Shown here one piece after another: positions 50,331 to 62,649 of a stretch of DNA of 64,000 nucleotides. The notes under the pieces are model-generated. The model worked only from the letters and a program-made list of their open reading frames with translations, was not told the origin of the DNA and made no database searches. The position numbers and the translations under genes are program-made. The DNA comes from Heteronotia binoei (Eukaryota). Position 1 is the first letter of the stretch, and each line of letters starts with the position of its first letter. The stretch is taken from the NCBI RefSeq assembly GCF_032191835.1, contig NC_083229.1, positions 93,868,001-93,932,000 of the forward strand, written 5' to 3'.

Positions 50331-50699
50331 AATTTATTTATTTATTTATGAACCACTATCAGTGCTCATGGTGCTTTAGGGAATTCCAGAAGTCTCTATC
50401 CTGAGGAGCTTAACAGAGTTACATAAACTATTCTCTTTGACCTCCACCTGTACCCCCATGAGTGGGCAGGAACACTGGAGCCTAAAGATTGAGATTAGAA
50501 GGACATAATCAGTGAGGTTAGTTGAGGATAAAACACTACCACAAGCCAGAAGATCAGACTCAACATTTACTTCAGCCTTTATTAAGTCTTCTTCTTCTTT
50601 CTTCTTCTTTGTAGCAAATACATGCACAGCTCTCAAACAGGATTCATATTAGGTAAGTATAGGCAGTCTTTTCCACCTGCTTTCTTTCTTTCTCTTTCT

Positions 50700-51110
50700 T
50701 TTAAATTACACTCTGTCCAGAGATACATAATGATGTTTATAACCAAGGCTATCACACTTTGTAGAACACAGTGTTTGCATTCATCTTGCAACAGTGCTCT
50801 TTCTATTTTCTTCGAATTATATCTTTATAACATATTGAAACATCTATGCAAGAGGAGGTTTATTGTTTTACAGATAAATTATTTCCAGGTACAGATTATG
50901 GTGTTTTTCTCATCTGTATTCCACCTTCCTGTTCGAGCGCTACACTTGTTTTGAAATGCCTATTTGCCATAATTGTTGCTGGAGCTTTGAAATATAACAT
51001 ATATGTTGATCCATTATCCGAACTATCCCTTAGGCAACTTCTTATTTACTTTGTTAGAAGTAGTCGTTTGACAAATTGCAATTCAATCTTTCTGACATGT
51101 CTTTGAATTC
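50700..51110 (-). mobile_element. Old LINE ORF2 C-terminal fragment (clade unresolved)
   Basis: Minus-strand RKIELQFVKRLLL resembles post-RT LINE sequence (E..Q.KFL.RIL). Weak. Confidence 0.35.
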
Positions 51111-51796
51111 AAGGAAAATGTATGTCCTGAAAAGACTTTTAAAGCAATTTTATGTGCATATGAAATTTCTGTAAAGATTCAATATTTAAGGTAGCCTGTA
51201 CAAAAGTTCCGGATGACTGAAGTAGAAAAAAATATGCCATGAGACCAATGAGCATACCACTCTTGAAATATAAAGTGGATTAATACTTGGGTACAATCTT
51301 GTTTTAAAAAATAAAACCACTACTATATAATTAAACAGTCTCATTATAACCCAGCTAAGGCAATTTGCATGCAAAAGCTATGTATAACATTAATTTGGGA
51401 GGTGCAAGCATCTGTCTGAGGCAAATAGCAAATGCATAACCAAGTGTGGACATCATATATTTGCACATCTCCATCCACATTTTGCTTCAGCTAGAGTGGG
51501 ATTTACATATACTGATTTTTCATTCGGGAAACTGTGAACCTCTGTTTCCCACAGAATCATATGTGAAATAAACCTGACAAGGATTAATTTCTTATTTAAT
51601 GGAATACTCACCTTAACAGAATTCATGTGCCTACTGTAATATCTAGAGAAAGAGTGTTCACTATATTTAGCAAGAACTTTCCCTTTTCCTTATGATGCCA
51701 AAGCTATGCTCCCAGTTTTCCTCCTGGGAAAGAATTCTTTTCCAGAATTTCTGAGGTCACCTTGATCTGGGACACCTTTCTTCAAGGCTAGGATAT

Positions 51797-52080
51797 GAAG
51801 AAGAAGAATTGCAGATTTATACCCCGCCCTTCTCTCTGAATCAGAGAACCAGAATGGCTTACAATCTCCTATATCTTCTCCCCCCCCACAACAGAAATCC
51901 TGTGAGGTGGGTGGGGCTGAGAGGGCTCTCACAGCAGCTGCCCTTTCAAGAAAAACCTCTGCCAGAACTATGGCTAACCCAAGGCCATTCCAGCAGGTGC
52001 AAGTGGAGGAGTGGGGAATCAAACCCAGTTCTCCCAGATAAGAGGCCATGCACTTAACCACTACACCAAACTGGCTCTCT
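51797..52080 (-). mobile_element. Squam3-like tRNA-derived SINE
   Basis: Near full-length reverse complement of 42515-42797. Confidence 0.9.
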
Positions 52081-52443
52081 TCACTATACCTGGTGAACCA
52101 CCTATAACTGCCTCTCTTGATCCCATATCTTCATCCACACCCATTGGCCTTCTGGTATCATGAACCTTACTGATTTTGCCTGCTGCATTTTGGCCATTCC
52201 AGGAAGTTAATTCTCCCAGGGTTTTCAGTCTGGTCTCTCCTGAGGCTTATTTTTATTTACCAAGTCTCAATCATGTCCATTTTCTGCCTCTTTTGTCTGA
52301 GTCATGAACATGCCTTAGTCATTTATTTCTTTTCAAGATTTTACTCATGAGCAGTGAGCTTCCTTCCTGTTTAAGGCCAGATTAAGATACGCTGATGGCC
52401 AAAGCCAAATGATGTTTAAAAGTCCCCATATTAATATCACCCT

Positions 52444-52645
52444 GGCCTGGATAGCCCAGGCTAGCATGATTTTATCAGATCTCAGAAGCTAAACAGGGGT
52501 CAGCCTTAGTTAGTATTAAAATAGCAGATCACAAAGGAAGGTAAAGGTTGTGAAACTAAGGCAGGCAATGGCAAACCACCTCTGAACATCTCTTGCCTTG
52601 AAAACTCTACAGGGTCACCATAAGCCAGCTACGACTTGACAGCAA
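52444..52645 (+). mobile_element. 5S rRNA-headed SINE
   Basis: Colinear with 29016-29222. Confidence 0.8.
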
Positions 52646-53621
52646 GAAATAAATAAAATAAAATCATAATTAGAAATTTTACAGTTTTTAAAAATGTTAG
52701 CTGTCCTTCATAATCCAAAACCTTAAACTTTAGGGTTTTTTTTTAATTTGCTGATAAATCCAGCTCTGTGCCTGCTGCAAAGCAATTGCTTTCAGTATGA
52801 TCTGATCACAGCATTTCTACAGCAGGGCAGCCACAGTCGCAGCCACTTGGTTCTAGGATTACCAGCATAGGCAGGCAACCAGGCAGGGGGAAGGGAGACA
52901 CCCAAAACGACATCACATCACTGGTGCGATGTTGGCAAAATTATTTAATATTTGGACAAAACTCTATGGTAAAACCATTGGTGCAATGACACTTTTTTTA
53001 AAAAAAAATCCCTGCTGGCTCTCCATATTTGCCTCCCCCCGCACCCCCTCCCCCCCCAAAAAAAAACTCTGAACATGGCACAAGAATACAAGAATTTTAT
53101 ATTTTCAGGAACAAAATTGTATTCTTATTGGGAGCAATCCATAGCAATGAATGAATTTGAGAGGCTCCTCAATATCCAATATAAGATATTGCACTCGATA
53201 GATTTTTTTTCCAGTATTGAAGTTTAGAAGTTGTCTCCAACTTTGCTCATAAGAAGTTTATTTATTCTATTTTACCTCATCTTTTTCCTCAACAAGTTTA
53301 CAGTGATAGGTATGGGGTTTTTTTCACTTGTCATTCTTAGAACAAGGTAGAGCACACTGACAGAGAATAACTGATTGGCTCACACAGTTAACTAATGATC
53401 TTCAAGGCTGAGTGAGGATTTGACCCTTGTCTCACTAGTCCATTTATCTGTCTTCTGTCTTTTTCAGGGCTTATCAGAGTACTGTTGTATCCACATTTTT
53501 TCAGGGTGCCTCTGTCTACCAAAGTCAAATAACTACTTACTGTCTAGAAAGGAAAAGAGAACTATGGTATCATTTTACAACTTTACTGTACATGACCTTC
53601 CTTGTCTGAAGAAAAAAAAAT

Positions 53622-53647
53622 ACACACACACACACACACACACACAC
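53622..53647. repeat. (CA)n microsatellite
   Basis: Seen directly. Confidence 0.9.
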
Positions 53648-55156
53648 TCAAATATGTTCTATAAATTGGTATTGGGAACAAAGTACACAATCCATAAATC
53701 ACTCACTCTGAAATAATAATTCCTATTGAATTTCTCTGAATTTTAATGGGATCTAAACCTAACTGATCTATAATCTCAAGAGAAAACTCCATCACATAAA
53801 GAAATTGAGATGCAGAAAACAATGCTAAGCAGGTCTATTCAAAAATAGGTCTCATGTTATTCACTGAAACTCCCAGAAAAGTGCCCTTTGAATTATAGTC
53901 CTATTCATGACCATCCCGCTTATGGCAATCCCTTACTTGATTGGGCAGCTGGCTGTAAGGCCTGGGGCAGATCCGGACCTCATCCAGAACATCATGGGAC
54001 CCAGGACAGCTGCCTCAGATCCCCTGTGCTAACATTATACCTTTCAGCTAGTCAATATCCCCTAAGGTATGATTTAAATATGATGCTTATGAAGCCAAAG
54101 GACTTTCCTGAGCAGCTTTATGGTCATACAGCATCTCCTGTAAACTGGACTGTTACCCTGCATGTCAGGGCAAAGCTCTGAGGGTAATTTTTTCCCCCAC
54201 TCTGTGACTGATTCACACTTAAATCAAACTGAAGAGAGTTCATGGTAGGATGTCCTAAGCTTCAGGAGCATCTATATAATTGGTCCCTCCCAGTGTGATT
54301 TTCCAGGCTGAAATATCACCTGTGCAGTATGGGAAAGGACTACATAACAACCATTCCACTCCTTACTTCAGGATTTCTTAAAATTCCTACTTACGTGTGA
54401 GATAGTTTAGGCCTCATATCCCTTTGGGATAAACTTAACTGTAACTTAATTCCATCCCCCTCTTTGAGTTAACTATCCTAAAACAAGTTTCTCTAGATTA
54501 TCCATAGCTTGGGAAGAATTAATTTTAGAATTTTTGTTGCACGTAATGAAAACAATTTATATACAGCCTGCTATTACTTTGGCACTTGTGAGATGGGATT
54601 TGGCAAAAGAATTTTAATGAAATTAATTGCACTATAATCAGATAATGAATTACATATTTATGTGATGCCATTTACAAAAAAAAATCCTGTCAAGAACAAG
54701 TTAATTTGCAAAAAATAAAAATGAATAAAAATTCTTAGTGGTCCGAGGCTTAATCATTTTAATTAGTATGCTGAATCTGCATGAGAATGGTTCATCAACG
54801 AAGACAATATTTCTGTTCCAAAAACTGGTACTGAGAACAAAGCCAGTAAAATTAGTTGCAACTAATGCCTAATCTTTACAAGGAGAATGTTAGCTTTCAT
54901 CTAAGCTATATCTTTGCAGTTAATAGGGGTTTACATAATTGAATGTGCCCTTCCATTACTTAACTTTCAGTAATTCATGGTGCAAGCAATATTTCCTGTT
55001 CTAAATGTGTGTAACATATTATGGGCTTCTTTGGAACAATTGTGACTAATTTTTCATTGATTTTTTTGCTGTTTGTGAATAATTTGCACCTATTTGCTAG
55101 GTATTTTACTTATTCAAACTGTGTAGTACAGTGCAGTTGGCAGTGTTACATTCATT

Positions 55157-56484
55157 TATGGATGGATATCAACCCTCAAAATGCGGTTTAGTTCAATTTG
55201 TGGCCAAACTACAAACCAAACCACAAACCAATTCAGTTCATGGTTTGTGGACCCAGCAAACCTCATTTAAAAGGACTGCAGAAACAGCTTAGCTGCAGGA
55301 GCAGTCCCAGCAGCTCAGCTATTTTGTGCTTTATTGTGTAGTTCTTTTAAAATTTAAAGAGACTACACAAGAAAGCTGGAAAACAGGGAGCAGCCTGTCT
55401 GTTTCATTCAGGAATGGGTACTACTTCAACAGGGAATGCCCCTGTCTTTCACCCAGTGATCCAGGAGAGCCCAGGACTGTCACCCAACTTCCTCCTGTTG
55501 TCTGAGAATGCCCTCGAAACCCAGACTTCCCAGCAGGAACTCACCCTGGAGGCCAGTAGAGGAGGAGAGGCCAGGACAGAGAAGATGTGTCCAGCTGAAA
55601 CCATCAGTGGCAAGATGGAAGAGACAGTCATGTTTCGCTGCAGCAACAGCAGATCCACAACCATGGGCCACAGCTGCAGTACAGTGACTGAGATCTCCCC
55701 AGGAGCCCAGGGTAGAGGTGGGAGAGGTGGCATCATCAGGAAAGGAGGCTGTTGCAGCCCAGGACCACATAGTTTGGGCATCTTCCACTGGCAGCAGTAA
55801 AGCCAGGCCTAGCAGGAAGCAGGCCAGTCATGGGGGATGCCCAACCCATGTGGTCCCCTGGGCTGGAACAGCCTCCTTCCATATCAGTGCCACCTTGCCC
55901 ACCCTGGGCTCTGGGGGTAAATCTAGCCACTGCACTGCTGCAGCAACCTGCAGCTGTGTAGCTCACCATGCCTATCTCCCCTACTCCCCTCAGCTGGCCA
56001 CCCTTTTCCACCACTGGCCTCTTCTTCTCCATTGTCCTCTTCTTCTCCACTGGGTGAGTTTCCATTCGGAGGGCCAGATATTGGGGGCATCCTAGGGTGA
56101 TAGGGGGAGGCTGGGTGAATGCCCAGGCTCTCCTTGATTGCTGGATGACAGACAGGGTCTTTCCCTATTGAAGTGGTACCCAGCTCCAACATTGGACAAG
56201 CTGCTCTCCATTTTTCAGCTTTCTTGTGCAGTCTCTTTAAACTTTAAAAGGGCTGCATAAAAAAGTCCAAAATAGCTGAGCAGTGGGGAGCACTCCTAGC
56301 CTCTCAGCTGGTTTTGTGACTTTCTGTTCTGGCTATGAACCTGCACAAAACCTACAAACTGCCTTAAAGTTTGTGGAAGTTTGTGACAGCAGACCTGTCA
56401 GTCACTAACTTCAGTTCAAGAACCACAAACAAGTTAGAATTTGTCATGAAATTTGCTTCACAATTCAGTTCGTGCCCATCCCTA
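55157..56484. mobile_element. 1.33-kb foldback non-autonomous hAT element
   Basis: Perfect 8-bp TSD CATTCATT (55149-55156 and 56485-56492). Ends TATGGATGGATATCAAC / GTTCGTGCCCATCCCTA. The left and right halves are imperfect inverted copies about a centre near 55810. Confidence 0.9.
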
Positions 56485-56604
56485 CATTCATTCACAGTCT
56501 CACACAGCCCAATCACAGTTCTAATTCCTACTCCTCCTGGAATGGATGCTGGTAGCAATGCTGGGATCCTTCAGTGTCTGCAGCTCTGTGAAGGAGTTGA
56601 AGCC

Positions 56605-57790
56605 ATGCCTCTTTGACTTAATATAAAGCATAAAATTGAACTGAACTGAACTGAAAGCATAAGCTAACAGCTGGATCTGACTGAGTTAAGAGTGTGGACT
56701 TGCATCCAACAGAGCAATGGATGTTAGCTAATCTTTACAATGGTAGTGTCTGTGTTTAGAACCATAAAACACAGACACTAGTAAAGACCTTTGAAGCATG
56801 CAATCTGCCAGTCAGAGCAGTGAAATCTGTGGCTAGAAAGAACTGGTTTGTTACAGGAGCTGATGACTGCAAGTCAGAGTTTCCAACTACAACACTTTAG
56901 AAAGAGTCCACATGTCTGAAGAACACCTGGACACCTATAACACATCTGCTATATAGCTGTACATTCTACAGTCTTTCATTCTAACCAGCAGTGTTGACAT
57001 GCTTATTCCTTTCCTTGTAATGTAGCAGCCTGCAAGCCATACATCAAAGTATTTTATAGATAACTTGCAGCTGCATAGCCACATATGGCTAGCTGACAAG
57101 TGCACCTTTTTATCCTGCCTGATAGTAGAATCTTTAGTTTCTGCTGTTTAGAAATGTTATTAAACATGCTTTTTAATCTCTAGGGCTGGGACAAAAGAAA
57201 AGTCTTGTTCTCATGTGTTTGAAGGGCACACTCATTATGTAATGCAGATTGTCATAAAACTTAAGGAAAATAACCAGTTTGATACTGCCTCATTGGACAG
57301 GAGGACAATTGAGATTTAGCAGCTTGATTCTTCTTCACCCAACTTAACTTTGGAAGGCCATGGTAAGGGAGTAAATTGCGCTGATTACTATAGTGAAGGA
57401 GGTAAACCTTACCTAATTTGGGGAGAAGATGACCTTCTTGTTAAGATTTGGGATTATCGGAATAAAATTTGTGTGCAAACTCTGAAAGATCTGACACAAA
57501 ATGTGTCCTGTGTTAGCTTCCACCTTGAGCTTCCTATAATCATCACTGGTTCTGACGATTGAACTGATCAGATCTGGCATATATAGATCTGAAAAGTACA
57601 CTGAACTATGGTATGGAGTGGATGTAGTGTATAGTAAGCCTGAGAGGATCCAATAATGTGACTCTGGGGTATGATGAAGGAAGCATCTTCATTAAACTTG
57701 GCAGTGAAGAGCCTACTCTGTTCATGGATGATAATGGAAAGACTATTTGGGCTATGAACTCAGAAATTCAGCAGGCCAAACTGAAGGCAA
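56605..57790 (+). pseudogene. COPB2: Processed pseudogene of coatomer subunit beta' (N-terminal ~330 codons)
   Basis: Starts ATG CCT CTT TGA CTT (MPL*L; parent [25 protein letters not shown]). Continues [54 protein letters not shown] and LGYDEGSIFIKLG...QQAKLKA. No introns; many stops and frameshifts; two later insertions. Confidence 0.95.
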
Positions 57791-57903
57791 TAGAAAACTG
57801 GTGGAAGAGGAGGATGGGGTGGCCTCTCTATGTTCTCTCCTGCTTTCTTTTTCTTTCTATTTAAAGAGGCAGCAGAAGGAGGTAAGAGGAAGGGAGAACT
57901 GAA

Positions 57904-58509
57904 TAGTCTTGCGGGGGATCCCCCAGTTCCCAACGGGAGATCCCCCAGTTTTGCAGTGTCCTCCCACCACCAGCCACCTGGAAGTCCCACCCCAACAGCC
58001 ACCATGTGCTTTTCCACCTTGGAAGGTTTAGAAGAAGCTTGGGGAAAGTGCTTGTCTTTTGGAAGGTGTGTGTGCCTTTAAATCTCAGAAGGAAAACTGG
58101 ATGGGTGGGGCAATGTGGCTCTTGCAGGGCAATGTGTGAAGCATGGGAATTTGTTGTCTGCTAGCTGGAGATCAGTTGTAAAAGCAGGAGATCTCCTTTT
58201 GCTTCCCTGTGCTAGTCTGAAGAAATTGGTTGAAATAGAGCAGATGGTTAAATTCAGCAGCTCCTCTAAGTAAATTGCCCCAGTGAGATCACAAAAGTGT
58301 AGTCTTGCAAACAGTATTTATTTTGGCTGCTTTGGGTGTGTGTTCACTTTTCTGCAGTTGCTGGTGGATGAGGAAATTAAGACTGTCTCCAGGGGAACTG
58401 CACTGCTGTATTTTTATTTATTTTAGGGAATAGGAAAGTATCCTGGCTCCACCCCTAAAGTCCTCAGGAATTTTCTGAGTTGGACCCAGTAACCCTAGAA
58501 GCAACCCTA
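57904..58509. mobile_element. TAGGGTTGCCA-family element (degenerate, possibly composite)
   Basis: Left part resembles 28061-28260; right part resembles 33985-34271. Ends GCAACCCTA. Confidence 0.55.
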
Positions 58510-58884
58510 GGAGCCAGTTGGATTTCAGTATCCAGGGACTAGAGTTGCTTTCAAAGGTTAGTGCAGATGCAGGACTCTTATCACCTCCCAGGACTATTTG
58601 TTTCAAGGAAGAGATGCTTTTTTTTTTTTTTTTTAGGAGGAAGCATGCTAAGAAACACATCTATGGATGCCATGGTGCCCATGACTTCCAGCAGCAAAAT
58701 CTCATTAGCTCTAATCAAATCTGCTTTTTTCAAAGCAAGTTTGTGAGACAGAGAAAGTGAGAGCTCGCAGAGTACACAATGAGCTAGATTTCTTCAAATT
58801 GTCTTTTCTTATTTAGCACTGGCATGCGCTTGGCTGTTGTTGTTTGAAATTTGGGGGGGGGGGGGGTTGCACCATACCTTATTG

Positions 58885-59268
58885 CAGGGGTGGCCAAACT
58901 TGCTTAATGTAAAAGTCACAGATGAATGAGAGCCACAAGACATGNNNNNNNNNNNNNNNNNNNNNNNNNNNNNNNNNNNNNNNNNNNNNNNNNNNNNNNN
59001 NNNNNNNNNNNNNNNNNNNNNNNNNNNNNNNNNNNNNNNNNNNNNNNNNNNNNNNNNNNNNNNNNNNNNNNNNNNNNNNNNNNNNNNNNNNNNNGAGGTG
59101 GAAAGAAAGCAACTTTAAATGCATTATCCAAGCTGTTGGCTGGCTTGACTTTGAGAAGTGATTTAAAGAGAGATAAGTCAGCTGATGGGGCGGTGGGTGA
59201 TTTGAGAGCCGCTCAATATGTGTGGAAGAGACACATGTGGTTCCTGAGCCACAGTCTGGCCACTCCTT
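58885..59268. mobile_element. hAT MITE spanning the assembly gap
   Basis: Ends CAGGGGTGGCCAAACT / AGTCTGGCCACTCCTT; perfect 8-bp TSD CCTTATTG on both sides. Confidence 0.9.
58945..59094. other. Assembly gap (150 N)
   Basis: Run of N. Confidence 1.
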
Positions 59269-60408
59269 CCTTATTGCAATGTGCACTGTGTAAATAAATA
59301 AAATCTGTTCTTTAATAATCCTACCCATTTTCCTCCAGTGTTCCTTACATAACAAACAATTATTTTATTCAAGGCTGGGCTGGTAGCAGCAAGCTGATAA
59401 AATTTGGTTTTGATCAGGGTCACATGGCACGGGCCAGATGGACTTCTTTTCCAGGAGCCCATGGTTGCTCTTGGCAGCTCTGCTTCTACTATCTCTTCAT
59501 CTACCAGAATGAAAAGGTCCAAAAAACCCAGCAGAGCCACAAACATCAATATTTCTTGCAAATATAACATCATTATAATTCTCATACCTGAGGGCAAATA
59601 TTGCCCATTAAGACCATCTGGAAAAGTCCCAGTGGGTCAATGGCCTGAATGGCTACCCCCTCCTGCCAGGACCACCCCAAACACAAGCCAGAGGTGAGCA
59701 CAATCCATCACAAGATGCCCCTTGAGCCACTGGGAGGGAGATGTCCAGCCCAGTTTGGCTCATGTAGCAAGAGATGGGCCAGGCACAACCTCAAGTGTAT
59801 AGCAGCATGCTAAGGGACCAGCCTGGCCTCACTTGCTGTAATCGTAGTCCTGTTATATAGCATATGAAATGTCTCATCCTGTTTGGGCATTGATTTGCAT
59901 TGTGGAATCTGCCTTCAGTCTCATTAGAAAGGCAGACCTTATACAATACAGATAAATAAGTAAGTAAATAAAACCCCAGCTGTGAACACATCTCTGAATC
60001 CTTTGGGTTCCTCACCTTGGGAAGGTTAAAAAGGCTCTTTGAGAGAAGAGATGCAAGAGTGGCCAACCAGCTCAACAGATGCAGGGTTTGCAAACTATAT
60101 TTTGACATTTCAAGCAAATGAAGGTAACTATGACATATATGTGGAATTCTGTGTTGTTATAGGCTATTTCACACTGCATATTTTGTGGTATAAGAGAACA
60201 TTCTCTTCACGTATTTCTAAGATTCTCATGTCATTGTCATAATATGAGGCAGGAAAGATTGGCTGGTTCTGCCACAAACGACAGGGAAAGATAGTTCATG
60301 TTCACACAGCAACAAACAGGAAAATGAAAGGGGTAGATTTCTAAATGGAAACTGAAAGTGGTCAGATGAGGGCTACTTATGTTTCAGTATGAAGATAATG
60401 GAAAGAAC

Positions 60409-60867
60409 CAAGCCTCAGATTCAGCAGGAGCTCACAGGAGCATAGCTCCTGAACCTTTCTGAGGGTTCCCTTTCTTCCTCCCCACCTACCTTGTCCATTG
60501 ATTAGTAGGTGCAGCTGCATAACAATCCCTGAATTAGGAGAGTGGGCAGCCAGCCAGCCACCAGGGGCTTTGCCACACCCCCAGCAGCACTCATTAACCC
60601 CTGGAGAAGCCCACACCACCCTTTCTCCACTTCTTATGTGATTTTGAGCAGCTGGTGGCTTGTTGGCCTTTTGACTGTGGGGGTGGAGTGGCCAAGGAGA
60701 CCCCCAGGTGAGCAAGGTCTGCTTTGGCTGGCTGGATATCTAGTCAGCCCAAGCAGACCTTGCTCACCTGGGACTCTCCTTTCTTGCATTGGTTTGCTTT
60801 TGGCTGGGGGGTGGTGATGGCATATGCTAATGAGCTCCACCACCTATTTTTCTACAAACGATCCCTG
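60409..60867. mobile_element. hAT non-autonomous element with internal hairpin
   Basis: Perfect 8-bp TSD GAAAGAAC (60401-60408 and 60868-60875). Inverted repeat at ~60703-60773 (ccaggtgagcaaggtctgctttggctg / cagcccaagcagaccttgctcacctgg). Confidence 0.8.
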
Positions 60868-61769
60868 GAAAGAACTAATATTATCATGCAGTCCCACATA
60901 CATTTCCTACTCAAACAAGTAGTCATGAGTTTGCCAAAATTGATCCAAATAGTCCTTGGTCAAGCATAATAAATCAAGTATTTAGAAATATGATTTGGAA
61001 CATCTGGAACGTAAATAATCTCCAGTTATCTGAGGCACTGAACTTGCCTGAAAATAATCCCATGAGCTATATTACTAATATTAAAATGAAGCACCCAAAA
61101 ACTCTGTTAGAGAACAGACATCTGTTCACATTCAGATTAATTAGTGAATAAAGCAGACATTACAAAACCCTTCAGGCTGATCAGAGGAAGCCCAGAATTC
61201 TTCCGCACTTTACAGAACAAGTAGGCACTAAGCCAGTTTTTGAACAAATGGGATTCTAAATGAAGTCTGGAGTATCAGACTGAAGTTTTCAAGAGGAAAG
61301 GAGGGGGGGACCTTAAGCAATGCTAAACAACCCTCACAATAAACATTTGACATGCCTCAAAAGGCATTTTTATTTTTTCATTTATAATTATCGTAAAGAG
61401 AAGTTCTGAAAATGATTAATATTTTATATAGCATTATTATGTTCAGAGCTTTTCTTGCTTGTTGACACATAAACAATAGATAGACTGTGATAGGATGTTT
61501 ACACATGTTAGAAGTTTAAGTTGACAAGACCTGATATTAACCATGAAAATGCACAAATCAGTTATGAGACCCAATCCTTTTAGCTTTGTGGGAAGCTTTG
61601 TTTCTTGAAACCTCATACAGACCTTGATGGATGTAATTAGAACATCATGGCATCCTGAGTATGACAGTTTACTGGATAAAAGCACAGGTATGAGCCTCCC
61701 TTGGTTTCAGCAAGCAATGCTTTTGCATGTGTCAAGAAGTACACTAAAATGTACTTTATTTGCAGATGG

Positions 61770-62066
61770 GGGGGAGAGAGTGGTGCAGAGTAGTAAAGTT
61801 GCAGTACTGCAGTCAGAGCCCTTTGCTCACGACCTGAGTTTGATCCCAATGGAAGCTGGTTCAGGTAGCTGGCTCCAGGTTGACTCAGCCTTTCATCCTT
61901 CTGAGGTCGGTAAAATGAGTACCCAGCTTGCTGGGGGGAAAGTGCAGATGGCTGGGGAAGGCAATGGCAAACTACACCTTAAAAAGTCTGCTGTGAAAAC
62001 ATTGTGAAAGCAACTTCACCCCAGAGTTGAAAATGACTGGTGCTTGCACAGGGGTCTACCTTTACT
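61770..62066 (+). mobile_element. Sauria-type tRNA-derived SINE
   Basis: tRNA-like head, BovB-like body ggggaaggcaatggcaaac, ACCTTT tail. Flanked by an imperfect tttatt..ggggggagagag duplication. Confidence 0.9.
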
Positions 62067-62649
62067 TTTTATTGGCGGGGGGGAGAGAGCTAGCCAGCCT
62101 GTTTGTAGATTGGTCCTAAACAACAAAATGAATCTCCATTTTAATGCTATTATTCACAAGCATTATTTTAGTGAAATCAATTCAAAAGGGTACTGCAGAG
62201 ACACAGAAACTAAAATTGACCATGGCTTGTATGAAAGCAATCAACACGCAACCAGGCCACCATACAGTAGAGATGAAATGCCATCATTCCATCTGCATCA
62301 CAATTTGTTTGCATAGTCCCAGCAGTATGCTTGAACACTGATTTTTAAAAAAAATGTTTGAAATTATTCTAAATTGCTTTGCAAGTCGTTTTCTATATAC
62401 TGTATGAATTATCGCACTATTCTACCCCCAGCTGTGCTTCCTCCGTCAAATACTTATTGTCTTAAATGACAAACATTGAATTGTTTTGAACCTGCTGGGG
62501 TGAGTGTGTGTCTTTGTGAGTGCCCACGTGCATACAGAAATTGTCCCTCTATTTGGACTGAGTCCATTGTGCTTTGCTGATCTAGTGTTCATTTACAAAT
62601 GTACTGGGGTCTGTTTTGTAAATATTTTGTCACATGTATTCTTAGACTT

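Noticed and set aside
55414-56192. Cluster of overlapping 89-128 aa ORFs on both strands
   Set aside because: Expected from a GC-rich palindromic transposon; no domain motifs.
57350-57864. Functional COPB2 exons
   Set aside because: In-frame stops, frameshifts, insertions and no introns.
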